From Leidyana gryllorum EB-2025a (lineage: Eukaryota; Protista; Apicomplexa), in contig JBLWGC010000230.1 in NCBI GenBank assembly GCA_048772705.1, forward strand, positions 1,240,001-1,304,000: a stretch of 64,000 nt of DNA, written 5' to 3'. A program made the translations under genes and the position numbers. The notes beneath the pieces are model-generated. The model had not been told where the DNA came from and searched no databases. It saw nothing but the letters and a program-made list of their open reading frames with translations. Below, in pieces: positions 59,354-64,000 of this stretch. Within the stretch, counting starts at the first letter, position 1; the number at the start of each line of letters is the position of its first letter.

Positions 59354-62300
59354 ATGGTTTTCGGCTCTCTTTTAAAGTCAGTCAAGCCGCCAAGTCCGTT
59401 AGCCAGTCCGACTCCTCGCGAAGAACTGAAATTGGAAAGCCCCATATCGTTAGGTGATGAGAGTGGCAACGTAGTAGGACCACCATTATCGCCGTCCGAG
59501 GAGATCTTCCAACCCCGTTCCATTGTTGACACGCCCAAGTTTGTCTTGAGAGAGTATAAGGGCCATGTATATCTGTGTGTAAGCTACTCCCATTGTGACC
59601 GTGGTGCTTTGGTAAAGGTGTCGGTGTTGCTCCATTGCAGGACTGGACACGTGATGGAGTCTCCCTTTACATAAGTAGTAGTGTACAAAGGACCGATCCG
59701 AAAGGAGGCGAGAGCAAGTGGACTCATCAGGCCGTATACGATGCCTTCCTCCGAAAGGCACCGGTGACGAAGCCAGTCATCCTCCAACCCCCCCCCAGTA
59801 TGTACTGCTGACTCTGTTGATCAATCTATATGGTTGGCTACCTGATACACTGTTATTACTGATACACTGTTGTTACTTTCCTTGTTCCTCAATCTGTGCG
59901 CTCTGATTGAATGCCTTTGTCTTTGCAGATTATGCATGTGTTTCTGTGGTCTTGAATCCGCGGACCAATTTATTGGCAATCTTATGCCAGGAGAGCACGT
60001 ACTTGAGCAGGACGACGACCACGCCCTGCCCCTCCGAAGCTATTTTATTGGTATACTTCCTCCAGTCGGGAGGTTTCGAGTCAAACGAGGCGGCCGTCGT
60101 CCAATCTCGGTCGAGTGCCAGAATCCCTGGCAAGGGACAAGCCTTATCATTACTTATGTTTGAAGGGTATTGGGTGATCTGTTGGAGTAGTTTCCAGGTG
60201 ACAAAGGTACCGTTATCATGTGTCTACGAACCAGGCACTTCAAGCTTTGTTACGTGGCCGGCTCGAGGGAGTGATTATTACAATTATGCCGCTTTCTTGG
60301 CTTCCCCCAACGTGAATAACGTCTTTTTCATCGGCGACGACGAAGGATCCATTACCATTCGGGAACTGTCACTGGGACACCGTTCAGCGGCACTTACCGA
60401 TACCTGGATGACCCTGCGTACTTTGCTGATCAAGTGGGGGGGGTTCGGTCGAATGCCGCAGATAGTTAAGCTGCACACATACCACACTGAAGCAACCATC
60501 TTACTGGAAACAGTGACCGGTGACCTGCTGATCCTGGAACGCGACTATGCAGACGGTTACTTTTCTTATCAAACCCGACGGGTCGAAAGTCATGTGTCGC
60601 AGCAGATGTTGCGGCGAGGATCTGGAACAGGCACGCACGCGATTGTCCAGCGCCTGACGGAGTCCCAAACCTCGAGCCAGGAACACCGTGCGTTCTTGGA
60701 TGAAGTTTCCAAACCACTTCAGGAGTCAGCGAGGCGAATTGTACATTCCCAATCTCAGGATAGAGGCGACCAATCAATCTGTCTACCGCACCAAAGTAGT
60801 GCAACAGACAATGATAGTCAAGGTCAACGTCAGCCCACGGCGCCGCTTTCGCGCCGTGGCAGTATCGGTGGTGCCGTCACCGAAGGAGAAGCCTCGCAGC
60901 CCCACAATACTCGACGCCGGGGCAGCACAGGTCAAACTGGCAGGCCCTCGAGTAAGACTACTTGTATATACTGCATGCTGGATGAAACCGACTGGCGGAA
61001 CTCCAAAGTGGACAAGGGAAAAGAAACCGCCGATGCTTCGAACCCTGAGGACTTCCGAGCCAGGAAGGCGTTAGAGTTATGGGAGAAGCGGCGAAGACAG
61101 TTTGACACTGCGTGTGCCTTTGTTGATGAGCACTTTTATCAATTGTCACTGAAGACGAACCACGAGATCCTATTACCCCACTTTCTTGCGAAACGAAGGA
61201 TGCCGCCTTCATCTGAGAAACTCCCTTTCCAGCTGAAGTGCTTCCTAACTACCACAGACTTGTCTGCCCTCTTATGGAGTGCTTGGCAGCTTCCGGGAAC
61301 TGAGATCCCTGATGTACTTCAGGATAGTCTACGGGAATACTACACCATCACGTACTCTCTGACTGGCAGTTACCAGGTGGCGGTGACATTCTGGCCGACC
61401 AAGATGATGATCTATAGAGATCACGAGCTCGCCAGTATCTTTACACAACTTGGGGAGGAGAATCGCCCACCGCCTTTACCGATAAGTGTACTGGTCAACT
61501 TTAGGGCAATCGAGGAGCTGAGCATAACGGCCACCGCTGTCATCCCCATTCTAAGCTTCCATGGTGGCTACACTTCGGTGTCGCGTACTGAAGAAGACCA
61601 GCAGGAAGTCATAGCCGTTGTCTTGGACGCGAAAGGCGGCCTTTATACGTCTGCACCTTTGACTTTCGATGCCACTAGCGCAATTGTCAAGCGCTCGGAG
61701 TATATGAGTGTAATCTGGACCGCTTGGTTCCAAAGCCAGTGCACTGAGCCCGGTCTTGGAATCCAAGATATAGTTGCGCCATATGACTATCGTTGTCCTG
61801 GACATGTGTTGAATTCCTTCCAACACAAGTGTCTGGACACATCGAGTCACGACCCTCCGGACCCTACGGCGGTGTCATACGGATTCCCGGGGGACAAACT
61901 CTTTGATAAAGTCTATATTAAACACTTGGTGGACAATCAGTTTACAGTGGAAGCTCGTTCAGCTAAGACGGTCGAATTTATTCTCGGTGCTTTGGAGGAC
62001 TCCACGGAGAAGTTTAACTTTGAAAGATGGATAATAACTCGTCGATATATCTTCTTCCTGATGCGTGAAGCTAACAATGTCATTGATCTGGGTCTGGAGA
62101 GAATATTGCACCAGATCTGGGAATTATCGATCCCTGATTTTGGCGTACCGAAGATCCGACGCCTACTGCGAGTTTTGGCCTCTCACTACTGGGTGGCGGA
62201 ACTTGCCGTCCATCTTTTGGTCCACTTACATCATATCCAACACATTAAAGTCGACAAAGCGGTCTTGAGACTGCTACGCTCTATACATAAGAAAGAGCCG

Positions 62301-64000
62301 TTAACAGTTGCTCGTCTCCGTCAAACCAAGGATTTGGAGGACGCGGTCGCAAATTACGATTTTGATGACCCCCGCCGAAACGCTCCCCCTCCAGAACCTC
62401 CAAGTCTGGGCCGCATCTTCCTTCCACTCATCCTCTACACGGAAATCCGAGACTACGATGCGAGCTTCATGATCGACTGGGTCGAGTACTACGTCGCCAC
62501 TGCCCAGTGTGAGCAGTTGACGATCCCAAACGCCTTCTGGCCTGACAGTACGCCACCACTGTCTGACGACGAACTGGAGGACGACGATGTGTCGTTCGCT
62601 GGCGGTAACCTCGCGACTGGGCGTACTAGCTCGATCAGTCGAAAGGACAGTTCAACGGATGGACCGCCTGGATTCGAACGTATGGTGCAAAGTGGGATGA
62701 AGCAGGTTGCTTCAGCTGAGGAACGGACACGTGAGAGGGGGCCTCGAGGTAATGTTCACCAGGCGAGTTCGTGGCCGTTCCGGAAGAGGCAACTCTGGAG
62801 TATGTTATTCCACGACGGGGTACGAGATGTTTATCCCAAGCAGGGCGGTACTGATGTGGAGCTGTTCCTGTGTTGCCTGTGGGGTTTGACAAGTCACTGT
62901 TGGGGCGTTTGTCCTCCCGAGAATATCATCAACAAAATGGAGGAGCGGATTCAGTGGTTCTCACACCGGTTCACGGAACTGTGCCGATCTGGAGGCAGCA
63001 GTGGCGGTCATCGGCGGTCTCTCCCTTCTGCAACAGCACCGTTACTCCGCAATGACTTGCTGCGGCCCCAGACGTTCTCTGTGATGAGCAAAGAATTGAC
63101 CAATCACATCAAATTGTACGACACCCTCCACCGATGGCAACCGGTGGACGGCGCCCATCGGCCCGCGGAGCTGGAGAAATTCGCTGCGATCAAACATGTG
63201 GACAAACTTCCGCGATGGCAATGGCTTTTCGGTCACGGCTATATGCTCAGTTTGTGCTACAAATACGTTGAGGCCCCTTCCTCAGACTTGTTGGTCGGCC
63301 GTCTCAAGTCTCACATCTCTCGTATTCGTTTGAAACAAAAGGAGGTGATGGACGAGCTTCCCGCTGTACTGACAGCTCCTCGCAAAGTGAGTCGAGCAGC
63401 CGCTCAGCATCTTCCCCTGGTGATGGTCCCGGGCGAGAGGCTGACGGTACATCGCGCAATGGGAGAGGTGACCTTCCAACGTCTCGTCACTCACATTATT
63501 CTCCACACCGGATTCCTACTGAGGAGCACCGTGGTGAGGCATATAGTGGAAGAACTGTATGTCGGGCTGGCACCCTTCTGTTACGCGGGAATGGACGGGT
63601 ACCAATTCCTGCGAAGTTGGTTCAGAACTGTGTTGGTGCGGGTCATAACATATGAAACCTTCAAGGTGTTCAAACAAGATGCGGTTGAGTTGCTGAGTTA
63701 CCTGAACACTCCAGAGATCACAACGATATTGACCCCGCGAGTGGTGGAAGAGGCGAACTTGATGATTTTTATGTACGCGGGGTTCCGGACGAGCGAATTG
63801 GCATTCGTCAACTGTATGATGTCGAGATTACTAAGGTGGGCGAACCATCTGAATCGCAGCCCCTACATGGCACTACTGGTGAATAAGTTGAATGTCTTGG
63901 CAACGTTGGCGGATGAGGCCAGCTTGTCTTGGAAGCACTATGATGGGCTCGTCAAATACGAGAACATCTACCTGCCCTTCCTGAAAACTTGTGTAAAACG
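59354..64000 (+). CDS. Very large hypothetical protein, truncated by the window edge
   Basis: First exon from ATG 59354; after the acceptor at 59928 one frame (codons from 59931) has no stop to the end of the window, more than 1,350 codons by manual translation. Confidence 0.8.

Noticed and set aside
59845-59880. 17-nt tandem duplication (TGATACACTGTTRTTAC) in a probable intron
   Set aside because: Only two copies, consistent with ordinary slippage; not a CRISPR array or mobile element.

Overview
Eukaryotic nuclear DNA from a very gene-dense apicomplexan genome, plausibly gregarine-like (inferred from an ApiAP2 domain, an alpha-proteobacterial-type LDH-like MDH, ERK7 and LSM14/CITH). It uses the standard genetic code and has GT-AG introns mostly about 40-60 nt long. 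About 33 protein genes were reconstructed by hand-splicing, so coordinates of multi-exon genes are estimates. They include LSM14, polyubiquitin, COPI alpha, pelota, CK1, GPC1, MDH, RNase HII, eIF5B, eIF5, YJU2/CWC16, a DHHC enzyme, PCNA, Cdc6/Orc1, NOP58, calcineurin A, an FPA/Spen-like RRM-SPOC protein, ERK7 and an M18 aminopeptidase. A reading frame of more than 1,350 codons runs off the right edge and is absent from the ORF track. No tRNA, rRNA, CRISPR array or transposon was recognised. Main signals: (1) most of the rare long introns (85-535 nt) are folded into long helices and lie mainly in RNA-metabolism and translation genes, including a possible antisense structured RNA in the FPA-like gene and a box C/D-like candidate guide for U6 A70 in eIF5B; (2) extreme compaction, with 18-40 bp tandem gaps, 33-89 bp divergent gaps and a possible stop-codon overlap; (3) a polyubiquitin made of two distinct ubiquitin types; (4) a bacterial-type RNase HII carrying a large insertion with nuclear-type motifs.
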